Assembly (NCBI RefSeq): GCF_963921235.1 | Contig: NC_086097.1 | Location: 97,218,001 to 97,282,000, forward strand | Reading direction: 5' to 3' | From: Mobula hypostoma | Lineage: Eukaryota | DNA length: 64,000 nt | Shown: positions 12,379 to 24,334 of the stretch, piece after piece | Layout of the letters: each line of letters begins with the position of its first letter | Numbering within the stretch: position 1 is the stretch's first letter | Made by a program: the position numbers and the translations under genes | The notes under the pieces: model-generated | Database searches by the model: none | Seen by the model: only the letters and a program-made list of their open reading frames with translations | What the model was told of the DNA's origin: nothing

Positions 12379-13889
12379 CTTATTTTAGAATTTCAGTAAA
12401 TGGAGTTATTTGTAAGGTGGAACTTTATTACACGGACTAACATTTTAGGAAAAATAACATTCAAATGAAAATAATGATGGTTTTCCATTTTCTTATTTCC
12501 TTCCTCCTCAGTAATAATCTAGCGATTTATACTAATCCTCGTGCCATCAATGTGCGGAACACATAGCCTTCCTATAGAGCAGACTACACTTTGGTGCAGG
12601 TTCATATAAGTGAAAGAGAGAAATTTCTGGCGCCACGTAAAATGTTCACGTATTATTTAAATAGTCACCTCGCCTTATTGCAATGTTAATGCCAAATCTC
12701 GATCTCCTCAACGCTGAATGAAACCTGCTCATATGTTCTTTTTGTTGCCAAAATCCTTTTTAAATAACTGGAAGATCACTCAGCGTTTAAAACTGCGTAG
12801 AGAAAATCCTTTATTGCAAAGAATGACGCACAAAGGTCTCATTTTCCAACCCTCGATATTCCCCGTAGCCTTTCCCGTTGGATTCCATTTGTTAGGGCTA
12901 AACTAAATGCCGGCTGGTACTGATTCCCTCGAATTTATACCGCAATCACGTTTGAGTTATAGAAGGCTTTGCCTGCAGGTACCAATGAGAAGATAATCGG
13001 GTGCCTTTTATAAAGCTGCCCACGCTAACATATGGACTAATTCAGGAAGCAATCACCCTGTTCATTGCTTTGCATGAAAATTGAAGATGCGCAACACGTG
13101 CAAATTCCTTGGGAGTTCTATTTATGCAGTGCGATTCGATTCCGTCTCTTCAGTGGACAAACGACAGAACGTGAGAACGTGCTTTTTCACTGGCAAAAGG
13201 TGGTCACAACGCAAGCAAACACTGAGTGTCAGAAGAATATCTGGAATAGTTACAATCCAGTGCGCATTTCTGTTAGCTGGAAATGTTAATTATTAAGCAT
13301 TGCAAACAATAAATCATAAAGTTATTGCAGTTTGGATCCGTCCTGCGTGTTTGATTTATGGAAATTACAGAACCACTGTAAGGAGTATAATGAGTTCTAG
13401 AATTCTCTTCATTAAGACGTCAAACTACGCGCATCATTACCAAATTTACTAATAACATTTCACATTAGTCTAGAGTCCAAAAATGCAAGGAACAATGCAT
13501 TCCCCCGCCAACTGGCCACTGTTACTGGGGTGGATGACCGTGCACTGAGTCTGTACTTTAGCAAAAACCAACAGTCATCCGTGCCGACCGCAGTGGGAAA
13601 ACGGAATATAATACAACACAGTTGGCGAGGGATTAGTCTCGATAGCTGGCACACGTCCGCTGGACCGAAAAACCTGTTCCTGAGCTGGCGGATTCTATCA
13701 AAGACGCCCGATGTACAGGCTAATCAGATGAAGCATTGATATGAATTTGCAGAGGCTGCTAATGATTCTTATGATAATTGTTGACATCAATAAGGTCGTA
13801 GTAGAATCAGAAAGTATCCAAATTTTATCGGGCGGTATGTCATTTTGGGGAAAAGAATGTGAGGTTATTTGCGTTTAATCAGGAAAAAG

Positions 13890-15500
13890 TTGAGTTGAAT
13901 TGAACTGACTTTATTTCTTACATCCTTCACATACACGAGGAGCAAAAATCTTTACGTTACGTCTCCGTCTAAATGTGTAGTGTGCAATCATAGTATTTTA
14001 TAATAATTTATAACAAATAGAACAGTCAATGTAACATAGAAATACACTCAAAGCAGCATGACTTAATCAGTCTGATGGCCTGGTGGAAGAAGCTGTCCCG
14101 GAGCCTGTTGGTCCTGGCTTTTATGCTGCGGTACTGTTTCCTGGATGTTAGCTGCTGGAATAGATTGTGGTTGGGGTGACTCGGGTCCCCAATGATCCTT
14201 CGGGCCCTTTTCTCACACCTGTCTTTGTAAATGTCCTGAATCATGGGAAGTTCACAACTACAGATGCGCTGGTCTGTCCGCACCACTCTGTGCAGAATCC
14301 TGCGATTAAGGGAGGTACAGTTCCCATACCAGGCAGTGATGCAGCCAATCAGGATGCTCTCAATTGTGCCCCTGTAGAAAGTTCTTAGGATTTGGGGGCC
14401 CATACCAAACTTTCTCAACTGTCTGAAGTGAAAGAGGCACTGTTTTGCTTTTTTCACCACACAGCTGGTGTGTACAGACCACATGAGATTCTCGGTGATG
14501 AGGATGCCGAGAAACTTACAGCTGTTCACCCTCTCAACCCCAGATCCACTGATGTCAATAGGGGTTAGCCTGTCTCCATTCCTCCTGTAATCCGCAACCA
14601 GCTCCTTTGTTTTTGCGACATTGAGGGAGAGGTTGTTTTCTTGACACCACTGTATCAGAGAGATGACTTCTTCCCTGTAGGCCACCTCGTTATTGTTTGA
14701 GATTAGGCCAATCAATGTAGTGTCGTCGGCAAATTTAATTAACAGATCAGAGCTGTGCGTGGCGACACAGTCATGGCCATACAGGGTGTCAAGGAAGGGG
14801 CTTAGTACACAGCCCTGAGGGGCTCCTGTGTTGAGAGTCAGAGGATTGGAGGTGAGGGAGCCCATTCTTACCTCCTGTCGGCGATCTGACAGGAAGTCCA
14901 GGATCCAGCTGCACAAGGCAGGGTCAAGGCCGAGGTCTCTGAGCTTCCTGCCGAGCCTCGATGGAATTATGGTGTTGAATGCTGAACTGTAGTCCAAGAA
15001 CAGCATTCTCACATAGGCATCCTTCTTCCGCAGATGTGTAAGGACAGTGTGTAGAGCTGTGGCTATTGCGTTGTTTGTTGATCAGTTGTGTCGGTAGGGG
15101 AATTGTAGGGGTCCAGGATGGGTGGTAGCAAGCTGCAGATGTAATCCTTGACCTGCCTCTCAAAGCATTTGCTTATTATTGAGGTGAGTGCGACAGGACG
15201 CCAGTCGTTCAGGCATGTTACCTTGGTCTTTTTCGGTACAGGGACAATAGTGGATAATTTGAAGCAGGAGGGCACTCTACGCTGGGAGAGGGAGAGATTA
15301 AAAATGTCTGTAAACACATCAGCTATTTGTGCTGTGTACATCCTGAGTACTCGCCCTGGGAGGCCGTCCAGTCCCGTAACCTTGCAACTGTCCACCCTGT
15401 GGAAACATCTGCGTACCTCAGCCTAGGAGATGACCAGGTTGCAGGTTGTAGCGGTGGCTTTCCTCAGAGGCTCAGAGTTAGCGACATCGAACCAAGAGTA
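13890..15500 (-). mobile_element. Rex1/Babar-clade LINE, 5'-truncated
   Basis: CLNDWRPVALTS; MLFLDYSSAFNTI; TGAPQGCVLSP; KFADDTT; AATAAA plus (TTCAA)-like tail. Confidence 0.9.
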
Positions 15501-15859
15501 AAATAAAAGGAATAAAATATTTTCTAACTGATTACTACAGCTATGGACCTAGAAGCTAAATAATAAAATACTGCAGATGCAAAAGTAAAATCTGAGAGAG
15601 CAAAATGGAGCGAAGTAAACATATCTCCAGCCAGCTGGTTATTTTAATTGTACAATAATTTTGAATTATAATAATACAATACAGACTGAGGCACACATCT
15701 GGCGTGCCACATTTCCCGAAGAAATACTGGATTGCCTAGAGGGAGAGAGAGAGGGGAGTCAGTCGGAACCACAATTCCCCAGCAGACATTAGATTGCGCA
15801 TATTTAGGCACTTGGCAAGATCCAATGAAAATAATTTAGTGATAAGCAGAGCAGCCTTT

Positions 15860-18830
15860 GTGGGAGAGGCCATTGTGTGAGTGGGCCAGTGTTAAAGTGG
15901 GGACTTGAGGCTTCACCTCATCGAGGCTTCGGCGAGGACAGAGAGGACAGGCGTGGGCTGTAAGGTAGATTCTTTTCATCGTTTAGTTTTTTTTTTCTTT
16001 CTTATTGCACACTTAGAGCAGTGGCGATGCTATGTAGGATAGTGAAATGCTCCCCTTGCGGGAAGTGGGAAGGCAGGAAGACATCAAGGAGTTGGAGCTG
16101 GAACTGGATGAACTCCGGATCATTTGTAAGGCCGAAGGTGCATGCAACTGCATGACCGTCAGGTAGGGGAACGGGGATAGGCAGCCAGTGCAGAGTACCC
16201 CTGTGGCCGTTCCCCTAAACAACAGCTTTAGGTACTTTTTTTTTGGAGGGGGGGGATGACCTAGCAGAGGAAAGCCATAGTGGTCAGATCTCTTACACTG
16301 AGTCTGACTCCCCGCGGCTCAGAAGGGAAGGGAACATGAAGAAGTGCGTTGTGGCAATAACGGATTCATTAGTTATGGAAACAGTATGGAGGTTCTGTGG
16401 ACGACAACAAGATTCCTGGATGGTATGTTGTCTCCCAGGTGCCAGGCCAACGGGACATCTCGGATCAAGAGTTCAGCATTCTTAAGTGGGAGGGTTAGCA
16501 GCCAGAGATCATGGCCAACATGGATACCAATATCATAGGTAGGAAGACTGATGAGGTTCTGCAAAATGAGTTCAGGAGTTAGATGCTAAGTTAAAGGACA
16601 GACCTCCAGGGTTGTGATCTCAGGATTGCTACCCATGACGCGTGCTAGTGAGGCCAGACATAGGAAGATCATACAATTCAATACATGGCTAAGCAGTTGG
16701 TGTAGGAGGGAGGGCTTCAGATTTTTGGATCATTGTGCTCTCTTTCAGGGAATGTGGGACCTGCACAGAAGATACAGCTTGCACATAAACTCGGGGGGGG
16801 GGGTGGGGGCTGAATGCGATAAGTGCCGCTCTGCTGAGGGCCTCACTAGCACATATTTTCTGCTTTTGCCCTACATTATACAACTTTTGGACTGCAATTA
16901 TTGAGTGGCTCTCAAAAGTCTAATCTAGAGACATTCAGCCCAATAATGACCTCGCCATCTTTGGATGCTCTGCAGAGACTCTTGAGTTGCCGCACGACAT
17001 GCAGATTGCTCCGCATCTAGAAATGGTGGGGGCTAAGAAACTTATTCTTCTGACCTGGAAGTCTACTACTCCACCCATCTTCGCATACTGGCTCAAGGAG
17101 ATGTTGTCTATTACACAAATGGAAAGACTGCGTCTGCACAAGCCCAATACACGGAATACATTTGAGAGAATATGGGGACCCTTATTGGTTCAGTGTCATA
17201 TTACCTCACATACATGGTGACCTTGACCTGTCTAGTCTCATGAGTGGGTGTGGTGCCTAACCGGATTTCTTTATTCATCTTACTTTACATTGCTTCCGTG
17301 ATGTCACTATTGGTGTCAACTCCTTATCTGAAAGTTTATTTAGGTAATCTTGTAAATTGCCTGGCAACCTTTTTGTTTTTTTTTGGTCTTGATTTGTTTT
17401 GTCTGTGCTCCACTTGGAGCTGTACTTCCTTTGTATTGTTTTGAACGTCTTCAATTTATTTTGTCTTTGTAAAACTGAAAATTATAGATAAAGTATTTTT
17501 TAAAAAAACGGGGGGTGAGCTAATGCTGCACAAAGGCTTTAAGCTAGAGTTGCAGGGGGCTGGGAATCAGAATGCAAGAGAAAATACGGGACTGGTTGTA
17601 GAGACAGATGATGTTAAGACCTCAGACAATGTTAGGAATTCAAACATTAAGCATGGTGGGACTAATGTTCTGAGTTGTGCATACTTCAATGCAAGAAGAA
17701 TTGTAGGAAAGGTAGATGAGCGCAGTGCGTGGATCAACACATGAAATTATGATATTGTAGCCATTAGTGAGAAATGGTTGCAAATCGGTCAGGAATGGTA
17801 GCTCAATATTCCAGGGTTCCGTTGTTTTCGACGTGATAGAGTGGGAGGGATTAAAGCGGGAGGGGTGGTATTACTAGTCAGGGAAAATGTCACAACAGTG
17901 CTCAATCAGAACAGACAGCAGAATTCGTCTATGCTGTATGTGTGGAACTAAAAAATAAGAAAGGTATGATCACATTAATGTGGCTATATTATAAACCACC
18001 GAACAGTCTGCAGGATTTAGCGGAAGAAATTTGCAGAGAGATCACAAACTGTTGAAAAATAACATAAGGTTTTGTTAGATGGTGATATTAACTTTCCACA
18101 TTGACTGGGACTCCCATAAAGGGCTGGATGAGAAACAGTTTGTGAAATGTGTTCAGAAGAGTTTCCTTAATCACTACATAGGAGTGAAGTAGTGACTACA
18201 TAGTAGTGACTAGAAAATGACTACATAGTCACTAGAGAGAGCGTGCAATACTTGATCTCCTGCTAGGGAATGAAACAGAGCAGGTGACAAAACACATTCA
18301 ATCTGGTGATCATAATGCCATTAGTTTCAAGGTAATTATGGAAAAGGATGGGTCTGGTCCTCGGATTGAGATTCTAAATTGCAGAAAGCCAGTTTTTATG
18401 GTATCAAAAAAGGATCTTGCCAGTGTGGACTGGGGCAGGTTGTTTTTTGGCAAAGATGTACTTGATAAGTGGGAGGCCTTCAAACGTGAAATGTTGTTAG
18501 TACAGAGCTTCTATGTGCTTGTCAGAATAAAAGATGAAGATAACCAGTTTAGGGGACCTCGGTTTTGAGAGATATTGGGATCCTGGTTAAGAAATAAAAG
18601 GAGGTGCATAGCAGGTATAGGCAGGTAGGAACAAATGAGGTATTTGAGTATAGGAAATGCAAGGGAAGTAAACCAGGAGGGCTACAAGAAGGCATGTGGT
18701 TGCTCTAGCAGACAAGGTGAAGCAGAATCCTAAGGGCTTCTACAGATACATTATGAGCAAAAAGAAAGCAAAGGATAAGATTGATCCTCTAGAAGATCAC
18801 AGCAATGATCTGTGTGTGAAGTCAAAAGTG
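15860..18830 (+). mobile_element. CR1 LINE 5' half (ORF1 esterase-like and ORF2 APE endonuclease), decayed
   Basis: RFCGRQQDSWMVCCLPGAR; ISGLLP...NTWLSSWCRREGFRFLDH; CAYFNARRIVGKVDE; GDHNAISF; KQNPKGFYRYI. Confidence 0.82.
16810..17508 (+). mobile_element. L1/Tx1-like 3' fragment nested in CR1
   Basis: AKKLILLTWKSTTPP...WLKEM...ERLR...FERIWGP is typical of the L1/Tx1 ORF2 C-terminus; T-rich UTR, A-tail and a G-rich duplicated flank. Confidence 0.7.
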
Positions 18831-18929
18831 ATGTCTGGTGGGACGGCAGGTAAGGGCAGTAAAGCATGCTTTCTGCAAACAGAGCAGAGTGAGCCCATTT
18901 CATGTGAAAGATCTTCCCGCTTCGGGCGC

Positions 18930-19971
18930 TAACATAGCACGCTCACAGTTCACTAGCCGTAAGTCTCCTGAATGTGGTGTGACAAGAATACACATAGATT
19001 AAGATGTTAGCTGTCCTGGGTGATGAGCAGTTGGTCTGTCACCTGTCTTCAGGAGAGAGAGAGATAAGGAAAACAATGGAGCAGCATTTGGAGATGTTAA
19101 TGAAGGGACGGGAGAGAGAGCTGTCAAGAGCGGCTCCCCCTTTGAACCCTGAACTGTTTGAAGTGATGGACAGGCGATACCCCAGCAGGGGGATAAAAAG
19201 GGACAGGTTCGCTAAGGCGACACAAACGACACCCGAGGTAACGAGACCCTGGAAGCGGTGCGTCTCTCACAAGTCGGTGGGAAGTATCGGTCCATAAACG
19301 CACAGGGTGGAAAGGCACGATCGGCGGGAACCTGGTGTGTGTCCACCCTTGCCTGGGTGCCAGGTTCAGTGCAGAGAAACGGTCGTATCTGGAAACGGAG
19401 GGGTCAGGGTCGGTGACCTCAGATGACATCACAAAGGACTCGCCCGAAAGCTGACTGCGAAGGTCTGTGTGTGGAAGCTGTTTTGAATATTCATTCGTTT
19501 TGCTCTCTCTCTCCTTCCCCCCCCCCCCCCCCCCCACTGTCCATCGCCACGGCAGCGATTACTGCGAACTAAACTGAACTTTGCGTCACTTTGAAACTGG
19601 TCATTTACCCCTAGACAACGATAGAGCTTGATTGATCCTGTTATCTGAATTCTGTGTACATGTATGTTTATCATTGCTGAACTGTTGCATTCATTATCCT
19701 TTTGATTAGAGTACTGTGTTGCTTGTTTCTTTAATAAAACTTTCTTAGTTCTAGTAATCCAGACTTCAACTGAGTGATCCATTTCTGCTGGTTTGGCAAC
19801 CCAGTTACGGGGTACGTAACAGTGGAAAGAAAGCTCGGCACTCAGAGGAAACCCACGTTGTCGCAGACAGAACGTGCAAGCTCCATACAAGCAGCGGTGG
19901 GAATCGAACTCCCATCACACAGTCACTGCCGCAGTAGCGTTACCACAACCACTACGCTACCATGCCGCCCC
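18930..19971 (-). mobile_element. V-SINE (HE1-like), interrupted by a solo LTR
   Basis: Minus strand has a tRNA-like head (GGGCGGCATGGTAGCGTAGTGG, GTTCGATTCC) and a V-domain-like CGTGGGTTTCCTCTGAGTGC. Confidence 0.7.
18978..19821 (+). mobile_element. Solo LTR, family 2, 844 bp
   Basis: TGTGAC...GTAACA termini; 4-bp TSD GTGG (18974-77, 19822-25); internal AATAAA; homolog at 49017-49908. Confidence 0.88.
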
Positions 19972-20084
19972 AACTAACCACCATAAACATCAAGGATGCT
20001 AATTCTTCTAACTTTATATTACAGAAGTAACACCTGCCGCAATGTTCTGAGCATGTGTCATTGATTTTCAACAACCATCCATTA

Positions 20085-21170
20085 ATGTAGGTTAGGCTGT
20101 TGTTCATTGCTTACAGCTCAACTTTCGACACCATCATATCCTCAAAACATACTATCAGGCTCCAAGAACGGGACAGCTGTGCCTCCCTGTGCAATTGGAT
20201 CGTTGTCTTCCTGGCTGGAAGACCACAACCCGAACAGAACAGGTCAGAGGCATGTGTTTCAGGGCTGTGTGCTTTGCCCTAATTCTATTCTCTTTATACC
20301 TAACGACTATAGCGCTGAGCATAGCTTCAACAGTATCTACAAAGTTGTGAATGACACCACAGTTGTGGCAGAATCACAGACGGTGAATAAGAGGTGTATA
20401 AGAGTGAAATAAGTTATGCTGGTTGAATAGTGTCATCGCTACAACTCAGCGTTCAACGTCAGCAAAGCGACGGACGGTGAGAAGGGAAAGTTAGCTGGAC
20501 CAACACCAGTCCTCAGTGGAGAGTTTGCCGTGGAAGGGCTGAACAGCTTCTAGTCCATGGGTGTCAACATCTTAGACGATCTATCCCGCACATGACTGAA
20601 CCCATGAACAAGGCACAGCAGTATCTCGGATTTTCTAGAAGTTTGAGGAGATTTGGCATGGTATCGAAGGCTCTGACAAGCCTCTGCAAATGTACAGAGG
20701 AAAGCATTATGACGGGTTGCATCATTGACTAGTATGGAAACTCCAATGCACAGAACTGCAAGAAGCTACAGAAAGAGGCGGGCTTAGTAGGTTGCGTCAC
20801 AGTAGAACTCTCTCCGCCATCAAAGATACAAGAGGTGACATCACAGGGACGCATCATTCTCTGTTAAGGACCTTCACAATCCAGGCCTTACCCACTTCAC
20901 AGCGTTCAACAGCAGTTTATTTTCACCACCATCAGGTTCTTGAACCACCTGAAAAACCTTAAAATGCGGCAGAGTATAATTTACCTGTCAATTTGCTCTG
21001 GCATTAGTATTATTCTGTTTGTTTTGTCATGTAAATTATATATAATTTATATTCATTTAAGTCTATTTCAATTTATCTATGACCTCCTTGTAAAGTAACG
21101 GGTTGCTGCAAAAAGCTAATTTCCATGGCATTTATATCCGGGCCTGGGGGGTAAAGGGAATAAACCTGAA
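20085..21170 (+). mobile_element. Old Rex-Babar LINE remnant
   Basis: FIAYSSTFDTII...LCNWI; QGCVLCP; KVVNDTTVV. Confidence 0.7.
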
Positions 21171-21764
21171 CATGCAGTTGATCTTTCGGCCAGAGGAGAG
21201 CTTCTCTGCCAGTCACTGTTGACCTCAGATTCATTACAACCACATTCTGACGATTCTGCTTCAATGCCAAAATCATCAGTTCAAAAACCCGCGTTGTGGA
21301 TCAGGGCAGTATTTTTTCCGGCCGATGACGCTGACGGAACACAAGGTGAACACTTTGACCAGTCGCAGCCCTTTAGTGAGCAAGTGCTATTTGATACCAT
21401 CATCTACAGTAACTTCCAGCAATTTCCCAAGAACAGGGGCCGTATTTCAATTTGCTGCCCCCATTTAGTGGACTGGGACTGCCTGCACATTATCAAAACT
21501 GCTTCGTAGATGTGCTATTAATTCTGGAATACTGTTCTGAAAGATCACAGCAAAGATTTGTATCACATAGCTTTTCCAGTTGGATGCTTTGCAGTTACAT
21601 ATGACATAATCGGATTTTCTATTACACGAAAAAGCTGCTCAATATATATTAAATCAACTGTTCAAGATTCTTGGATGTCATCATGCAATTTGAAAGCAAC
21701 TGTCAGGTATTCAATATTCTGAGTCCCTCTAACTGCTGGCAGACTATTACAAATACCCAACTGT

Positions 21765-22145
21765 CGTAGTAGACAGCTGTCGATCCCAGAGCATCATGGG
21801 TTTGCGCCTCTGGTGGACCATGTCCTCTCCAGAGCTCAAGCCTGGACGGGAAGATTTGAAGAATCGGCTGTTGCTCATGCAGCAGGTTCTCACTCTCCAT
21901 GTTACCGATGTAGTCCAAGGGAAGATGGCACCAGTGTCATCACAGGGGCTGCCAGAGTGAAGTTGTAAACAACATCAAACTGCTTTGGGGACCCCGGCTC
22001 TGGATTTCTGCCTCAGGGTTTCCACTCGAAACCTTTCCCCTGGGTGGGTATGGCCACAAAGCAGTGAAGGTTTAAAATCAGAGTTTTTCTTCTCTTAGGC
22101 GGGCTGCCATCCCAGGCTGACGACCCTCACCTGCCCGAGTCTACT
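21765..22145 (-). mobile_element. Non-autonomous element with RTE-like 5' motif (unclassified)
   Basis: Minus strand GGGCAGGTGAGGGTCGTCAGCCTGGGATGGCAGCCCGCCTAAGAGAAGAAAAACTCTGATTTTAAACC resembles RTE-clade leader sequences (from memory); short ctactac tail. Confidence 0.4.
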
Positions 22146-22454
22146 GGTAGTGACTGAAAATGTGGATATTAACTAAGAGACGAAACTGATAATGAACAGG
22201 TCTTTTCGCAATGGGAGGCAATGTACATTGTTGGGAATAGATCATTAAGCTTCCTGAATCTGTTTTGATCAAGACTTATCAGTCTCTCAGTTCCAATTTC
22301 TCCTGGGTCCATTTCTGTCAGCAATCATGCCAACAAAATTTGTCAATCTTGGTTCTAAGATTTTCAATTGGTTTAACCTCAGTAATGTTTAAAAGGAAAG
22401 TGTTTGGAAGAAGCGAACGACAAGCCTGTCGTAAGCATCTGAACACATGTGTGA

Positions 22455-23995
22455 TACAAATATGAATCAGCATACAGGAGGGAGATTGAAAATTTGGCTG
22501 AGTGGTGTAATAACAACAACCTCTCACTCAATATCAATTAGACCAAGGAACTGATAGTAGACTTCAGGAGAGGGAAGCCAGAGGTCCATGAGTCAGTAAT
22601 CATCAGAGGATCAGAGGAGGAGAGGATCAGTAACTTTAAATTCCTGGGTGTCACTATCTCAGAGGATCTGTCCTGGAACTATCATATAAATATTATTGCG
22701 AAGAAAACACAACAGCGGCTCTATTTCTTCAGGAGTCTGTGGAGATTTGGCATGTTATCAAAAACCTTGGCAAACTTCTGTAGATGTGTGGTGGAAAGTG
22801 TGCTGACTGGCTGCATTATGGCCTGGTATGGAAACACCAATTCATGGTACATTGGCCTTTATTATTTGAAGTATTGAGTATAAGAGCTGGAATGTTATGA
22901 TGAGGTTGTATAAGGCATTGGTGAGGCTGAATCTGGAGTATTGTGTTCAGTTTTGGTCACCAAATTACAGGAAGGATATTAATAAGGTTGAAAGAGTGCA
23001 GAGAAGGTTTACAAGGATGTTGCCGGGACTTGAGAAACTCAGTTACAGAGAAAAGTTGAATAGGTTAGGACTTTATTCCCTGGAGCGTAGAAGAATGAGG
23101 GGAGATTTGATAGAGGTATATAAAATTATGATGGGTATAGATAGAGTGAATGCAAGCAGGCTTTTTCCACTGAGGCAAGGGGAGAAAAAAACCAGAGGAC
23201 ATGGGTTAAGGGTGAGGGGGGAAAAGTTTAAAGGGAACATTAGTGGGGGCTTCTTCACACAGAGAGTGGTGGGAGTATGGAATGAGCTGCCAGATGAGGT
23301 GGTAAATGTGGGTTCTTTTTTAACATTTAAGAATAAATTGGACAGATACATGGATGGGAGGTGTATGGAGGGATATGGTCCGTGTGCAGGTCAGTGGGAC
23401 TAGGCAGAAAATGGTTTGGCACAGCCAAGAAGGGCCAAAGGGCCTGTTTCTGTGCTGTAGTTTCTATGGTTCTATGGTTCTATGCGAGTGGAAATTCCTA
23501 CAAAAGGTAGTGGATTCAGCCCAGTACATCATGGGTAAAACCCTCCCAACCATTGAGCACGTTTGCATGATATGTTGCCGTAGAAAAGCAGCATCCATCA
23601 TCAAAGATCCTCACCACCCACACTGGGCACTTTTTTCACTGCTGCCATCAGGTAGAAAGTACAGGAGCCTCAGGAGTCACACCACTAGGTTCAATAACAA
23701 TTACTACCACTCAACCATCAGGCTCTTGGTCAAAAGGGGAAAACTATGCCCACTTAAGAACTCCTTTGTCTTGTTATTTCCTGCAAATTATTTATAGCTA
23801 TTTATTCATTATCTGCATTTGCTCAGTTTGTTTACAGTTTACTGTCCCTGATGTTTACAATTTACAGGTACTGTTTACAGCTACTGTTCTATAGATTTGC
23901 TAAATATGCCCACAGAAAAAGAATCTCAGGGTTGTATGTGGTAACATGTATGTACTCTGATAATAAATTTTACTTTGAACTTTGAACTTTTGAAT
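22455..23995 (+). mobile_element. Rex-Babar 3' fragment split by a CR1 insertion
   Basis: WCNNNNLSLN-type region at about 22500; IIKDPHHPHWALFSLLPSGRKYRS; AATAAA and (CTTTGAA)n tail. Confidence 0.8.
22843..23483 (+). mobile_element. CR1 3' fragment
   Basis: LYKALVRLNLEYCVQFWSP...TRGHGLRV...FFTQRVVGVWN; (TTCTATGG)n tail. Confidence 0.92.
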
Positions 23996-24334
23996 TTTTT
24001 TTCTGGCATTAATGACAAATACTGTACCCCCACACTAAAAACCAAATCCGTTCGTTCAGGATTTCTTCTTTGTCCCATCAGCTCACTCAATCATCTTATG
24101 GTTACATCACATCAGAACTTTAACATATATTTAAGGGAACAAAATACCATTGTGTGCCATCTGCTCTTATAATGTAATAATTTTAGTGGGGGGAATAAAG
24201 AAAAATGCAAAATGAATATGTGTAGCTCCCTACCCTTGCTGTTTGACCTGGGTATGTCTAGGTTTGTTTTTTTTAAAGATGGAGTTCAAGATCTTTCTGT
24301 TTTTTTTTCCTTTTGTTTGAACATTCAGAATAGC

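Noticed and set aside
14026..15012. Domesticated reverse transcriptase gene (328 aa)
   Set aside because: 5'-truncated Rex-Babar copy with an upstream frameshift and a normal LINE tail.
19895..19971. tRNA gene
   Set aside because: The A/B-box-like head is attached to a V-SINE body and no full cloverleaf is evident.
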